Source: Callorhinchus milii
Lineage: Eukaryota
Assembly: GCF_018977255.1 (NCBI RefSeq)
Contig: NW_024704742.1
Location: 54,066,001 to 54,130,000 of the forward strand
Length of the DNA stretch: 64,000 bases
Direction: 5' to 3'
A program made the translations under genes and the position numbers. The notes below the pieces were generated by a model. It had not been told where the DNA came from. It ran no database searches and saw only the letters and a program-made list of their open reading frames with translations. This document shows, one piece after another, positions 10,761-25,196 of this stretch (its first letter is position 1; each line of letters begins with the position of its first letter).

Positions 10761-13700
10761 GAAAACTGTAGAATTTAAAGACTACAACATCACAAGCAGT
10801 AAACATTTCTACAGATGTAATATTCAATTGATGGTACACTGAGCAAATTTCAAAATTAAAACGGCTCTGGAAAACCTAAACAACTGTTAAATCACAGAAA
10901 CTTAAATCTCTAGATTCAGTTGCCCGAAGGACATTACCTAAACAGTAACAGAAATCACAACTATTCCTCCAAGACTTTCAAAAACGGCAACTAAGTGTCA
11001 TGCAAGTGATGTCAATGGTGTGAAAGTTAGCAGAATCAGAAGTAATATCTTGCCATATCTTTCCAGTGTGAAACGTTGCATCAAATTAACCACTTGGAGT
11101 CAAATGAATGATGATAATAATAATAATAATAATTCTAGCGTTTGATATAGCGCTTTATCACGTATTTGAGACGCCTGAAAGCGCTTCACAAAATATACTG
11201 TAAAGTGAATTGACTGTATTTTTGCGGACAAAAACAAATTTGTCTTTGAGGGAAGTAACTTTGTTTTTAAAAAAGTATACAAGATATTAAATAGAGAAAT
11301 TTCAACAAAAATTCACACAGCATTCCGACCACTTCCAATTTTAATTCTATGAAAATAGATTACATTTCAGCTCGAGCACGTGCCAGTATATTTGAAGCAA
11401 CAATATTGGAACGCATGTTTCGACAGACCTGAACTTTACAAAACATTTGAATCCTTGAAAAGAAATAAACAAACATCATAAAAAAATTGCAAAAGGAGAC
11501 CAAATACCTAATAAACATACAGTGAACTGGATAACTTAGCCTCAGAACTAGAATAACAATCGCAGCTCATTATTAGAGTGCATTTATGTATACTTTATAT
11601 CTCTGCATTGAACATCATAATTTGAGGATCCAACCAACCTAGAATAATGCTTGCAATGCCAACTTCAATTTGGGGATAAAGGAAAGCTTTGTACAAGCGC
11701 AATTTAGTGGTCCATTGGAACATGTTTTAAGGGCCATTTTAGACCAGAGGTTGAATTGATTTGCAGGGTCTGCATTTGCAGTGCAGCCATGGGAATCAAT
11801 GCCCTTGTGAAAAAACCTCCTCAGGGTTGGCCCGGCAAATGGAATAAAGCACGTGTCAGTGCACCCTGAAACCTACCATTATATTGTGCTTTGACATTGA
11901 TTATTTATGTAATTTCTAACCCCAACTCCACACACATAAACATACTGATTCAGTCGAAGAAGCACAATATAATGCATGCATCAATGTCAAACAAAAAAAT
12001 AGAAAGAGCAGAACTTAGTCACATTACTTTGAAAATGGCACAAGAACCTGTGAAAGTGTGTTAGGCATATTAAAAAAACAACCAAGGAAGATAGACAACC
12101 TAGCTTCTAGTGAACGTAACCCTTATAACACAATTCAAATTTGATATGTAGTGCAATTATTTTTAACAGTGCTAAAAATGAATATTATACAGATAACACA
12201 TGACAAAATACCCATTCAGTCAGAACATATTCAAATGTTAATAATCAGATTGAAGGAACACGGAGAATATAACAAATCGGGTTACAAGATTTATCCACAC
12301 CACCAAAAACCACAGGAGACTCAACCTACATATTGCATGTACTCAGCACTACATCCATCCCTAATCTCTCTCCTACAGAAATAAAATGCAGCAAAATGAA
12401 AAAATTCCTAAAGGCCGCAAATCGCTCTCCAGCTATCTACACTTGAGCATTATAAATCTATAAATATACTAGTTCTCATCTGCACATATTACACACACAT
12501 CACCCAAACTTGATCCAGGCATTTTAAGAAGATTAATATGGAAAACTTAAAATATGTTCTTTTTTTTAATTTATAACTAACATTTTCTGAAATTTAATCC
12601 TGCCTCATTAAAAGTATTTGTTAAAGTAAATATTTTCTGACTTGTGATTTATTCTTTCCATCAACCTCCATCTATTCCAGTTGAACCTAATTTCATGTAC
12701 AACTCAGTAAACAGAACAAGTCATTATTCAGACCATCTTTTTTTCCCATTTCAAACCATTGGTGATCCAAATGCCAAGCTCATTATTATTTGTTTCATAA
12801 GATAATAAACACTGACCAGAATTGCAGTAGATGCAATATTGGGTGGCTTACAGAAAGTGAAATTCTATGTCCACACATTAAGATTTCCCCTGCCCCTTTC
12901 CTGAGTAAATTGTTAATTCTTTTTATAACTTATATGATTTTTCATTGTTTTAAAAACTTGCATGTGTCAGTCAGCTTGCCTCACTTGGTAGCAATCTTGC
13001 CTATTCAGTCAGAATTTTATGGTTTCAGTCCTCACACCAGGAATTCAGAACTGGAAGGGTTATTGGGAAAGGTCGTTGAGTAACACCTTACAATACAGGT
13101 AAATAATCCCTTCATTTTTTTCTAAATGGTCACTCAATCCACTGTGGGACACTGCCGTACGCAATTGGCTGCTCCCACAGAATGTACAGTCAATTCACTT
13201 TACAGTATATTTTGTGAAGCTCTTTGAGATGTCTCAATGACTTGATGAGGTGCTTTATCAAATACAAAGATTGTTATATTATGTTTTACATGTATATTTA
13301 CTTAACAAATATCAAACAAACATGTTATGTAAATATACATATAGAAATATGCAATGTACAAATATACACCATTCAGTGCGAAACATTGCAGTCTTTTCTT
13401 TATTCTTCTTTCGCCAGAGGTGCAAGACCCCTGATCTCCATTTGGAAGATGGTTGGTTGCTGTTTGCCCTTTGCCAAGCTGTGCCCTGTTGGACCTGCCT
13501 GTTATTGTCAGGCTTTGCTTTCTTCTGTTGGCTTGGAGTAATAATTGGAATGGCCGAGCTGACCATGATTGACAGCTCCTATCTTCATATAATTTTGCTG
13601 GTGTTTCCATGGTGCTGAAATCCAGCGTTTTCACCCATGTCACCTACCATTTTAGCAGAGAACCAATAAGAGGTAACTGAGGAAGTAAAGCACCCATAAC

Positions 13701-13767
13701 GATCAAAAAAAACATACGTGCTGCTTTTCGTCTGCTCAAAAATGTCAGTGTACACATACGTGAGTCT

Positions 13768-14186
13768 GCCCGGCACAGCGGTAACACCTGAGCCACAAGG
13801 TTGTGAGTTCAAGTGCACGTTGGGACTTGGAATCGCGTAGTCTAAGCTGACACTCCAATGCAGTGCTGGGGACGTGTTGCATTGTCGGAGATGCCATCCT
13901 TTGGATGAGACATTAACCAAGGTCTTGGTCAGGTGGACTCTAAAGATACCATGGCACTATTTGAAAAGAAAAGAAAATTTCTCATGGTGTCCTGGCTAAT
14001 AAACCCCCCAAATAAATTGATCGCTCACTCCATGGCTGTATGGGACATTACTGTGCGCAAACTGTCTGCTGCGTTTCGCCCACCAAATATGCAGTCAATC
14101 CACTTTACAGTATATCCTGGGAAGCGAATTGAGACGTCTCAACAATGTGATAAGGCGCCATATCAAATGCAAAGATTATTATTATC
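13768..14186 (+). mobile_element. Deu-type SINE, near full length
   Basis: tRNA-like head, ctgacactccaatgcagtg, cggagatgccatcctttggatgagacattaa, aagataccatggcactatttgaa, then the shared 3' tail and (TTA)n. Similar copies at about 8630-8835(-), 15050-15400(+), 18960-19320(-), 23360-23717(+), 25925-26135(-) and 60783-61085(+). Confidence 0.8.
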
Positions 14187-16786
14187 AAGTGTATTGCGCA
14201 AATATGAGTATTGAGATCACATGAAATTTGTGAAAATTGTGAAATTTCACAATGAAATTGCATTTTTTATTTTCTAATCAAAAATGCAATTTCATCACAT
14301 CTGGATTTCCGATTCGTCACACGTGGTTACACATATTGGAATACCCTGGGCAAGGCAGACAATTATATTTAGTAAGTGAGAGCACTCCAGTGTTGGACAT
14401 ACATTCTGGCCACAATATAATAATGCTTGTCTGTTCAAGTGGGTACTAAGATCCCATACTGCTACTGAAAAAGAGAAGGAAGTTTCTCCTGGTGTTCGGG
14501 CCAGTAACCCTCCAGATTAATTGGACAAACACCTCACTGCTGATTTGGCATCATCCTAAATCCTGGTTGCTCTGGATGACTACAAAAACATTTAACAGTA
14601 ATTACACGTGAAATTCTTTGAGACATTGCAAAGTGGTAGAGGGCTGTGTAAAAAAAAATCTTTATCTGATTGTTCCAAATTTGATCTTGAGGGCATTTTC
14701 AATAATTCAGAATTTGTTTTGTAAAAAAAAAGGTTCAAGCATTTGGAATTGCCATCATTATCCCTAATCAATCCTTTCTCTACCCAAGGAATTAAGATTA
14801 GCATGACCAGTTTTAGAGCTCAGGAATGCTACCCTGCGTGAGGGTTGCTATATAAATGCAAGTTGTGGTTGTTTGTGTTGTAGAGTGGTTTGAGGAACCA
14901 TTATCCTATTTCAGCATCGAATAGAGGCTTGACAATTCTGCCTATTCGTATGTTTTGTGGTAAACATGTGTTCTTGCAAGCTGACTAGATGTAATTTCAG
15001 GTCTTTACTTTTGTCAATGTGTCACTGTTTAATTAGTTTAGTTCAGGTACCAGGCTAGCTTGGTAGCACTTTCACCTCTGAATCGGAAGCTTTTGGGTTC
15101 AAACTCTAGGTTTTAATTTGCATAGACATTCCAATGCAGTGCGAGGTATGCTACCTTGTTGGAGTTGCTGTCCTTCGGATGAGATGTTAAACAAAGTTTC
15201 CATGTGCCTGTTTAGGTATACGTTAAAGATCAAAATTGGTGCCTTGGGACATTCACCTGACGTGAAAGGCGCTATACTAATGTAACTTGTTGTTGTTGTT
15301 GCCATGTTTGCCTACAAAATACAGTTAATACACCGTTTAGCATTTAGAGATACCCTCCCGATATGAAAGGTGCTATATTAAATACAAGGATTATGTTTAT
15401 TATAATTAAACACTCATTGTATTTTTGTTTCAAAATTGAAGTACAGCATTCACAAACTGGATATGTAACAAATAATAATGGCTGTATTAAAAACAATGTG
15501 ATATTGAATTAGTCATGTGCAAATGCTCAAATCTTGCTCCTTTCTGTTGACCCAAGTGTACAACTACCAATGCTTCCGATGGAATAATGTCAATTGTACA
15601 GAGTGTTAGAACTCCCAGCATTATAGTACTCGACTACACTTTAATTAGTCAACCCGCAAGGCCTACTTTTGGAATAGCTGGAAATATAAGAACATATTCA
15701 TTTTTGCCAATTACTTTCAGACTTGAGGAGACGGATATTATTTCCCAGAGTGGAAACAGTGGTTCCATGTACGTCACTAGAGCAAGTGTACCACCGTAGG
15801 CTGTTTTCAGGAGGTTGCTGAAGGTGTGCAGTCCCCAATCTCATTTAAATAGGAATTGGAATGCGCAGGGTATAGTTTTGAAGAATTCTTTCAAAAAAAA
15901 ATCTCTTCCATTTATTTTCCCATTTACTTTTTTTTTCTTTTAACTTTGTTTTTGTCTGCCAATGCAAGAGTAATGTGGCAGAGACCTTGGAGGTTAACCG
16001 TTTTACTGTTGGTGCACTAGCACAATGGTCTCTGTGGATCCACAGATTAGGGGGTGAAGGCGTGGAGCTTTATTGTAGTAGGAATGAATAGGATAGAAAT
16101 GAACTTTCTGATTTTCTTTTAATGGCTCACATAGGAGTTTTATTCTCCTGTCTGTCTGAGTGATGCACATGATGGAATTGGTTGATCGACGTGGCAGACG
16201 TGTACAAAACAGCTCAATGATTCAATTTGCTCATTGTGGTGGGTGGGGGCATGGCATTCACTGTCAACTGATCACGGAAAGTCTATCCAGCAATTTGAAG
16301 TGTTGGTCTGGTTCAAATTGGACAACTAATTAATGATTGATCTTTTCAAAACGACGTTAAACTGCACAGTTTTCCGATGAGCTACATCATTGTTTTAATC
16401 AACATAAAGTACATGAAAAATATTATTATACATTGTATGTGTGTGTAAGTTATTTTAAGATAGTCTTTGTAAGATGATATGGTTTGGAAACTCAGTATAC
16501 ATTGCTATAATTATTAATAATAATCACAAATGAATAATCATTGCATGTTGTATAGAGCCTTTCATGTTTAGAGGATGTCTCAACATGTTTCACAGATTTT
16601 TTTTACTATAAAGAATGTGTATTTTACATTGGACAACATTTCCCTTTTTGACCCAGATGATATGTCTTCAGAGATTTTGTTGTGGAATTAATGGCAGAAT
16701 TATTTTGCTTCTAACCACCACTTATGTTAGGGAGCCAAGTTTCATCTGTGAACGACACAAACTGGTCAGGAGAGGCTTTCCCAGTC

Positions 16787-17008
16787 TTTTCTTTGACCGA
16801 GCCTTCAGCTCCCCTCTCGACTCTCTTCCCCCTCCTCGCTCCCTCCCTTCCCTCACCCTGACCATTTCCCCCCTCCTCGCTCCCTCCCTTCCCTCACCCT
16901 GACCATTTCCCCCCTGCTCGGGTCATGACCCAACTGTGCAGCGCCTTGGGACGTCCTCCTGACGTGAAAGGCGCTTTATAAATGGAATCTTGTTGTTGTT
17001 GTTGTTGT
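16787..17008 (+). mobile_element. Young L2 3' UTR copy with an internal tandem duplication
   Basis: Near-identical to the 3' ends at 19371-19757 and 33237-33672; (TTG)n tail. Confidence 0.88.
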
Positions 17009-18299
17009 TTTCCTATTTGTTGCCTTCCAATCTCCCTCTCGCATCAAAGTTTAGTGTTCTTTTGGAGCTAATGACATGAATTGAGAGCCTGCATTATTTT
17101 CAGGTTTTCGTTTGTTTTCCATCAGCTTATTGAGGGTACATGAATAAAACCACCCTGGTTGTTTTCATCTAAATCAGTTCAAAATTATTGTGGCTTTTGA
17201 TTGGAGAATAGGAATTCTGCTCCTGTGCCTCTGGGTGATTTGCATGCAGTTAAACATGTGGACAAGCACTGGAGGCAAACAAACTCTTATTTGCAACATA
17301 AATGCAAAGCATTAATATTGTGTTTGTGGGTGGAATAATTCGTAAACCAGGTAATGTGTACAGTTTGCTTGTTCTGAATTAGGCCTTTATTATGAAAGAT
17401 TAAGTTTGGTTGCAATCTTGTAGGAAAACAATCTGGTGCTCATTTTAATAATTCTTCTGGTAAAAATAGTCCCCACTGTCAGGCTGTTTAATGAGTAATT
17501 TTCCATTGGTCTAATAATTGCTGCATTATTTATCTCTCTGTCCTGTGTATTATTATAATTTTGAGAGATGAACAACTGGGATGAGTGTTTCTATTCACAT
17601 CAGAATAATTGGCACATGCTTGATTCAGGATAGTGTCATTATGGAATAATAAATTGCACTGCACATCATATCTGCTCGAAGGAAAGCATCAGGCGAGATT
17701 TGTCAAACAAACCATTTCCTAATTGTCGCAGAGAGAATGACTCCGCGATTATTGTTTTCCAACATAATTTACCAAATAAATTGCCTCCTTGATGAGCATG
17801 TCTCCCACTTGCATTACATATTTCTGAATAGTAAATTCCTAAACTTCTGTATCTACCAAGGTTACACAGATGTACAACTGTCAGAATGAATCGCACTAAA
17901 AAAGAACAGCTTGTTACAGTCAAATGACATTGAAGAATCTTCCTCTCCATTGCTTAATTCCTCCGTTGACCACCACCTCCTGTCCTTTACTTCATATGAA
18001 GTTTTTCTGACGACTTTCCTGGCTCAGCATTTCTCTCTCTATGACCAATAAAAACAACTCGTATCAATGTATTCTTCAGTCGTAACTACTGTTTCTAAAA
18101 GAAAGATCACAGTCCTTTTTATATTTTTGCAGCGAATGCCAGGCATTGTTTAAAATTTGAATCTTCAGTTTCTGAGGGGGAGAGAAAAAATCAAAAATGA
18201 GAATTTACTTTTTTATCTTCTACTTTTCATAGGGTTTGGTTTCCTTTTTCACCACATATTTATTTTCTTCTCTGACACATTGGACAATAATGTGTGTAT

Positions 18300-18800
18300 G
18301 AGTGTGGGGTAGGAAAGATGGGTAGATGAACAAAGCAATCTAGGGGTCCAAGTCCATAAACTGTTAAAATCAAGATCAATGGTGCAGAAAGTAATCAATA
18401 AGGCTAATAGGATGCTGGGCTTTACAACAAGGATCTGGAATATAAAGGCAGTGCTGCTCCAGTTATATAGAGCACTGGTCTGACCTCATTTGGAATATCA
18501 TGTTCAAGAAGAATGTACAAGCCTTGGAAGGCATCCAGCGACTCTTCACTAGATTAATACCTGGCATGAAGGGACACACTTTTCACAGTAGGGTGCTATG
18601 ATGAGAGGCTGGATAGAATTGACTTGTTGCTTAGAGCTAAGGAGATCCAGGGGTTGACAAACTGAATACAGTAGTGGTTGACTCTCTGAGAATGATCTAA
18701 AACAAGGGGACACGATTTTAAAATTGAAACCTTTCTGCGCACATGGGATTGCGGAAATGTAGAATGCACTGCCCCACAAGGACAAACAGGAGGAGTCAAT
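18300..18800 (+). mobile_element. Degraded CR1 LINE 3' part
   Basis: KANRMLGF..., LLQLYRALV.PHLEY motifs in shifted frames, homologous to 47700-48000. Confidence 0.75.
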
Positions 18801-19370
18801 TATGTAATAAAAAAACGTTTGGTCACCGGAGTGTCTGACACATGCGAAAACCCATCACCATTGCTTAAGTATTCAGACCAGCCTGAGAATTCTGTGCAAG
18901 CCACCTACACATGGAAATTACCTTGTCTGGAATTATATAACACTTACATTATGATTTAACACCTTATCTTGTCAAAGAACTTTATAAAGTTTTCTGGAAA
19001 GCATAATGATTGTGGATTTGTAGGTGTACGTGATAACCAATTTGCACATAGCAGCATCCAAAAAAACAGCCATGAAGTGAATGACTTTTTTTTACATCTG
19101 GGAGTTTGTCGGCCAAGACAGTGAGAGGAACCCACTTCTCCTTTTGAATCTTCAATATGCACCTGAACAGGAGGACGGGACCTCAGTTTAAATTCTCATT
19201 TGAAGGGTAACACCTCTGATAATGCAGCCCTCCCTCAATCCTGCATGGAGTATCAGCCTAGACTGAGAGCTCAAACTCCCGACATGGGCTTACATCAACG
19301 ACATACTGATTTAGAGGCAACAATATATTGCAAGAATGCTATAAATAGAGCCAGACTGGCAATTGAGATG

Positions 19371-19757
19371 CCAACCTACTATCCCCCTACCTACCTGCCC
19401 GTACCCTCCGTTCCTCTGGCTCCGGTCTGCTCCACGTCCCCCGCCCCAACCGCCCTACCATCGGTGGTCGGGCCTTCAGCCTCTCAGCCCCGAGGCTCTG
19501 GAACTCCATCCCCCAGTGCCTTCGCCTTGCTTCTTCCCTTTCCTCCTTCAAGGCCGGTCTCAAAACCTTTCTCTTTGACCGTGCCTTCAGCTCCCCTCTC
19601 GACTCTCTTCCCCCTCCTCGCTCCCTCCCTTCCCTCCCCTCACCCTGACCATTTCCCCCCTGCTCGGGTCATGACGCAACTGTGCAGCGCCTTGGGACGT
19701 CCTCCTGACGTGAAAGGCGCTTTATAAATGGAATCTTGTTGTTGTTGTTGTTGTTGT
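19371..19757 (+). mobile_element. Young 5'-truncated L2
   Basis: ORF2 C-terminus plus 3' UTR, stem-loop and (TTG)n; near-identical to the reverse complement of 33237-33620. Confidence 0.9.
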
Positions 19758-20564
19758 TAAAAGCGAGATGGATAAATACTTGGTGAAATAGAGCGTATTT
19801 GGAAGTATGGAGAAAAACATGGGGTTACTTAATTATCTGCCACAAGATAATAAATTGGTGAAACAGATTTGATGGGCTCTTTCCGTTCCTACGTTTCTAT
19901 CCCCAGTTCACTGTAAACACTTCTGAATTTTCTTAGCACTTATTTCAGGGCAGCTGAGACAGGTGCTGAATTGATAAGCAAAGCAGTGAAGAATGGTAAC
20001 TATAGGGTTGGTTATTGAATACAGGGTTTTTGTTATCATCAGATTTTCAATGAAGACTATTTATTTGGCAGTGTGAAATGTTAGTACCTGTATTGTGCCA
20101 ATGTGAAGAATAAAAAAAATACCCTGCAGTACAATTATAGATTTTGTTCTTACAAATGCACTTTGGTTGTGGAGATTGGTTTTGAGTTGGTGTTTACAGA
20201 CCTATTACTGGTGGAAACAATTTGAAGTAATGAACTAAAACTATCGCACAAGAACCACTTAAGATTTGTTACAAGAAATTGCATTATGTGCAGCACCTTT
20301 CACATTGGGAGGATGTCCCAAGGCTCTGGACAGTCGAGGGTTTACATCCGAGCTGGGGTTGGATTTGGGAGGTGTGAGGGCCAAGGGGGCTGCGGGTATT
20401 GGTGGGGGTGTAGATGGCGGAAGGAGCATTCAAAGAGGAAGGTCTTCAGCCAGACCTGACAATGTCACATACTGGCAGCACATTAACGTGTATATAATCT
20501 AAACTCTAAATGACATTAACTCCTATTGATATACTGGCATGGGCAATAATACTAACCATAGCAT

Positions 20565-21829
20565 AACAACAGCACCAACAAAATTACATTAATAGAGCGC
20601 CTTTCAGTCAGGAGGATGTCTCAAGGCGCTTGACAGTCAGGGGTCAGGACCCGAGCATGGAGGAGGGGTGGGGTAGGGGTGAGGGAAGGCAGAGAGGTGG
20701 GAGGGTGACTGAAGGCATGATCGAAGAGGAGGATGTTGAGAACTGCCTTGAAGGAGGCAAGGGAGGAAGCGAGGCAAAGGGACTATGGGATGGAGTTCCA
20801 GAGTGTGGGGGCAGAGAGCTGAAAACACGGCAACCGATGGTAGGGTGGGTTGGGCGGGAGACATGGAGCAGGCCAGAGCCCGCTGAACGGAGGGAGCGGG
20901 GAAGTTGGTAGGGAATCAGCAGGTCAGAGAGGGAGGAGCCATGGATGGCCTTGAAAGTGAAGACGAGGATATTGAATTCGATCCTCTGGGGGATGGGGAG
21001 TCAGTGGAGTCGGGCGAGGGTGGGATTGATGGGGTCGCGGAGCCTGGTTTGTGAGAGTACATGAGCTGCAGAGTTCTGGATGATCTGCAGTTTGTGAAAG
21101 GAAGAGTTGGGAAGGCCGATAGGAGGGAGTTCCCGTAATCGAGCCTTGAGGTGACGAATGCGTGGGTGAGGGTTTCGGCAGCCTGAGGGGCGAGGCAGTG
21201 GCGGAGTCTGGCAATGTTGCGGAGGTGGTGGTAGGCAGTGCAGCCGTGGAGGCTGATGCTGCCAGTGCCTGAAGTGCGGAGGCGTTGGCGTGAGCCAATC
21301 AGGAGAACCTCGGTCTTGCTGACGTTGAGTTGGAGAAAGTTGTCCCTCATCCAGGACTTGATGTCGGACAGGCAGTCGGTCAGGACATCAGTAGCCCTGG
21401 AGTTCAGGATGGAGGCAGAGAGATAGAGTTGGGTGTCATCCGCATACATGTGGAAATTTACCACATGTCTGCGGATAATGTCATCGAAGGGAGCATATAG
21501 AGGGTAAAGAGGAGGGGACCCAGGACAGAGCCCTGAGGAACACCGCACGAGACAGTGCGGGGACTGGAGGAGAAGCCGTTTGCCACGACGAAGTGGAGGT
21601 GGTGTGAAAGGTAGGAACTGAACCAGTCAACTACAGAACCTTGAAGGTTGAGGTGGGAGGGGAGGCGGTGGAGGAGGATTGAGTAGCCCACAGTATCAAA
21701 GGCGGCAGAGAGGTCAAGGAGGACGAGGAGGCAGAGGGAGCTCTGGTCACACATGGTCAGAATGTCGTTTGTGGCCTTGACCAGAGCAGTTTCTGTGCCG
21801 TGGGCAGCACGGAAACCTGATTGGAGGGT
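20565..21829 (-). mobile_element. L2 LINE, 5'-truncated RT pseudogene
   Basis: [59 protein letters not shown] with frameshifts. Confidence 0.92.
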
Positions 21830-24068
21830 GGTTGTGCTTTTACAGAGTTGGAAAGGCAAATTTTAAATTGTGGATTTAGTTTTGTAGAATGTGTAAGACC
21901 AACATCATTTCTCCTGCACCCAAAATAACTTTGAAATTGGACTGAGGAACATTCTGTGTAGCAAAACAATTTAAAGACTTATTGTGCATGTCTCTGTACA
22001 AGACATATTGTGTTTGTTTAAAGACAAGTTTAGAAATCCAGCTGGGTAACTAATAAGGATTTATTGTAAAGTGAAGTGACTGAATATTTTGTAGGCAAAT
22101 GCAGTGGCCAATTTGCACACAGCAGTGTCCTACAAACAGTGAAGTGAATGACCAAATTCTATCTGGGTATAGGACACCGGGAGAAATTTCCATCTCTTTT
22201 TGCGTATTTACATATTAAAAAAAGTCATCATTGGTTTATATTGTGTTCAGCAAAAATATGCATGTATTTTGAATGAGACCAGAAGCAAGGAGCTAATTTG
22301 CTACATTAGGTGAAATTTCCTAAAGTGAATTATGTACTATAATAACATCCAGCTGCTTTTTTATATTAAAAGAAAATTTTCTTTCTCACTTTTTCTAAAT
22401 TGGAGGAGGCAGGTGTTTTTAAAACATTTAAAAAAAAATATATTCCATTTTGGAAATTGTTTCTGCCATACCTACGGTTATAATTAATATAAAAATATAA
22501 AGTCCCTGCTGATTTTAAACAATTCACAGGCTAAACTAGTATTTTATCATGTTTTCGTACAAAATGATTTGATTTGCAATTTTCAAACCAGAATTTAGTT
22601 TGACAGCACATCGACAAAACATTTTTGTCAATAAAAAGCCCTTGGCTTGCATTCAGATTTGTGGCCAAATTCCTGAACACATCAATACCGGTCAACTGGA
22701 TGCGTAACCTTTAAACTTTTGATATTTAACAATTCTGAAGTAGATTTATAATTTTGCTTAATATATAACTTAATAAAGAGTTTGCTATATCATGATTAAT
22801 GAGCCTGAAATAATGTTCTTGAATTGAACTTTACATTTAAATGCTCTTTATAACAAAGTTTTGTTTTCAAACTGTTGATTGCACAACATCCGGATTTAGT
22901 TATGTGTCGGTGCACAATGAAAGCATATAAAGCTGCTGCTCAGCTATTTTAACAAAGGTCGGACAAAAATCATAGAAACAGTATTAAGGATTTAAGTGAG
23001 AGCCATCATACATTTTCTGCAGCTTCCCACAATATATAACCAGAATTTACCTCTGTTGCACATTTATTTTTCAGTTTAAAAAAAAATCTACTAAAAACTC
23101 AATTTTGATTATGTATGAAACCTATTGAAATCATTGAATGTTTACACTCTGCCCCTGACATGTTTCCGATCAGAGAACAATATTTAACGTTGTTGCTTCA
23201 AAATTCTCTTCATGTAAGTACGGCCATTATGCTATTGGTAGCTTATGCCTACCTGTCAAATCCCTTGCCAACATATCTTGTTCTGATTTCAGGAACCAGA
23301 GCAGAAATGGTGCCAACATATTTTAGTATCAATAGGTTGAAGTTAAAGATGTCAACCTTTCTCAGTTGGTAGGACTCTTACCTCTAGCTCCGAAGACTGT
23401 GGCTTCAAGTTCCAAATTTGAACTCACATAGTGCATTCCCCCTGCTGGGGGAGCAACATCTGCCTGTTCAGGGGATGTTAAAGATCCCATGGCACTGTCC
23501 GTAAAGAAACTTTCTCCCAGTGTACTCACCAACAATGTGCCAAACAAAATTGGTCATTCACTTTATGGCTGTTTGTGGGACATTGCTGTTAGAAAATTGG
23601 ATGCTCTGTTCGCCTACAAAGTTCACAGTTACTACACTTAACCTACCCTAAAGCACTATGAGACGTCTTCCCAACATCAAAGGTGCTAGCTACATCAAAT
23701 GCAAGGATTATTATTTATTGAAGAAATCTGCAGCAGATCAGATGCAAGCTGTTTCTCATACAATCCTGTTTGAATTTGCTTAATATTTTGCAGCAGCAAT
23801 CAGCATCATTAACCTACGGTTCTTCTATTCTTCTATCTACTGAAGTAATCATTTCATCAGCAATGCCCAATTTGTGTATTTATGCTCGCTCTTGCCTCCT
23901 GATTTTTCCTGTCAAACATAAAACAGAAATCACAGGTGAAGAATGAAGGTTGACAGAAAACACTACATTACCAACAGCAAGCTCTGCTATGGCGGTTTTT
24001 AAATAATATTGTCGTAAATAAATGTTCAGGAAATTTCAGCTTCTGTTCTTGAATAAGTTGTTATTTTC

Positions 24069-25196
24069 ACAACAACAACAAAATAACATTTGTATAGTGC
24101 CTTTCATGTCGGGAGGACGGTCCAAGGCGCTGGACAGTCAAGAGTTTTGGACTGAGCTGGGGGTCAGGATCGGGGAGGGTGGTGGGCAGGGGGGGGAAGC
24201 AGGGTGATCGAAAGCACGATTGAAGAGGAGGGACTTAAGAGGGTCTTGAAGGAAGCAAGGGAGGCGGAGGGACTGTGGGGTGGAGTTCCAGAGGGTGGGG
24301 GCAGAGTGGTAGAAGGCCTGCCCGCCAAAGGTGGAGCGAGGTGGAGAATGTGAAGCAGGCTGTAGCCCGCTGAGCGGAGGGAGTGGGCAGGATGGTAGGG
24401 GGTTAGGAGGTCGCAGAGATAGGGGGAGCAAGATCATGAAGAGCTTTGAAGGTGAGGACCAGGATTTTGAACTGTATCCTCGTTGTGATGGGAAGCCAGT
24501 GGAGTCGGGCGAGGATGGGGGTGATCGGGTCACGAAGCCTGGTGCGGGAGAGGACCTTGGCTGTAGAGTTCTGGATGATCTGCAGCCTATGGAGGGAGGA
24601 ATTGGGGAGGCCGACAAGTGTATATGAGGGTTTCGGTGGCCTGCGATGTGAGAAGGTGGCGGAGCCAGGTGATGTTGTGGAGGTGGGGAAGGCAGAGCGG
24701 GTCATGGCACGGATGTGGGGTAGAAAGGATAGTTGAGGGTCAAACAATAATAATAATAATAATACACAAGACCCCAAGGTTCTGGACTGATGGAGATGGA
24801 GTGTGCAACCGTGGATGGTGATGCTGTCAGCGACTGAGGTGTGGAGGCGCTGACGGGAGCCAATCAGGAGAGCCTCTGTCTTGTTGACGTTCAACTGAAG
24901 AAACTTAGCTCTCATTCAGGACTTGATGTCTGACAGACATTTTGTCAGGACAGCAGTGGTCCTGGAGTCCAGGGTGATGACAGAGAGGTAAAGTTGGGTG
25001 TCACCCGCATACATGTGGAAGTTGACCCTATGTCTGAGGATGATGTCACCAAGAGGGGGCATTATAGATATTGAAGAGGAGGGGACCAAGAACAGAGCCC
25101 TGAGGAACACCACACGAGATGGTCCGGGGGCTAGAGGAGAAACCGTTTGTGGAGATGAAGTGGAGGTTGTGTGAGAGGTACGATCTGAACCAGTCA
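24069..25196 (-). mobile_element. L2 LINE, 5'-truncated
   Basis: HMYAGDTQLY, FLQLNVNKTEALLIG, RLHWLP...IQFKIL; (TTG)n tail. Confidence 0.9.

Noticed and set aside
13302..13643. 113 aa minus-strand ORF with a possible acceptor
   Set aside because: No recognisable homology and no compatible upstream exon found; kept only as context for the skew finding.
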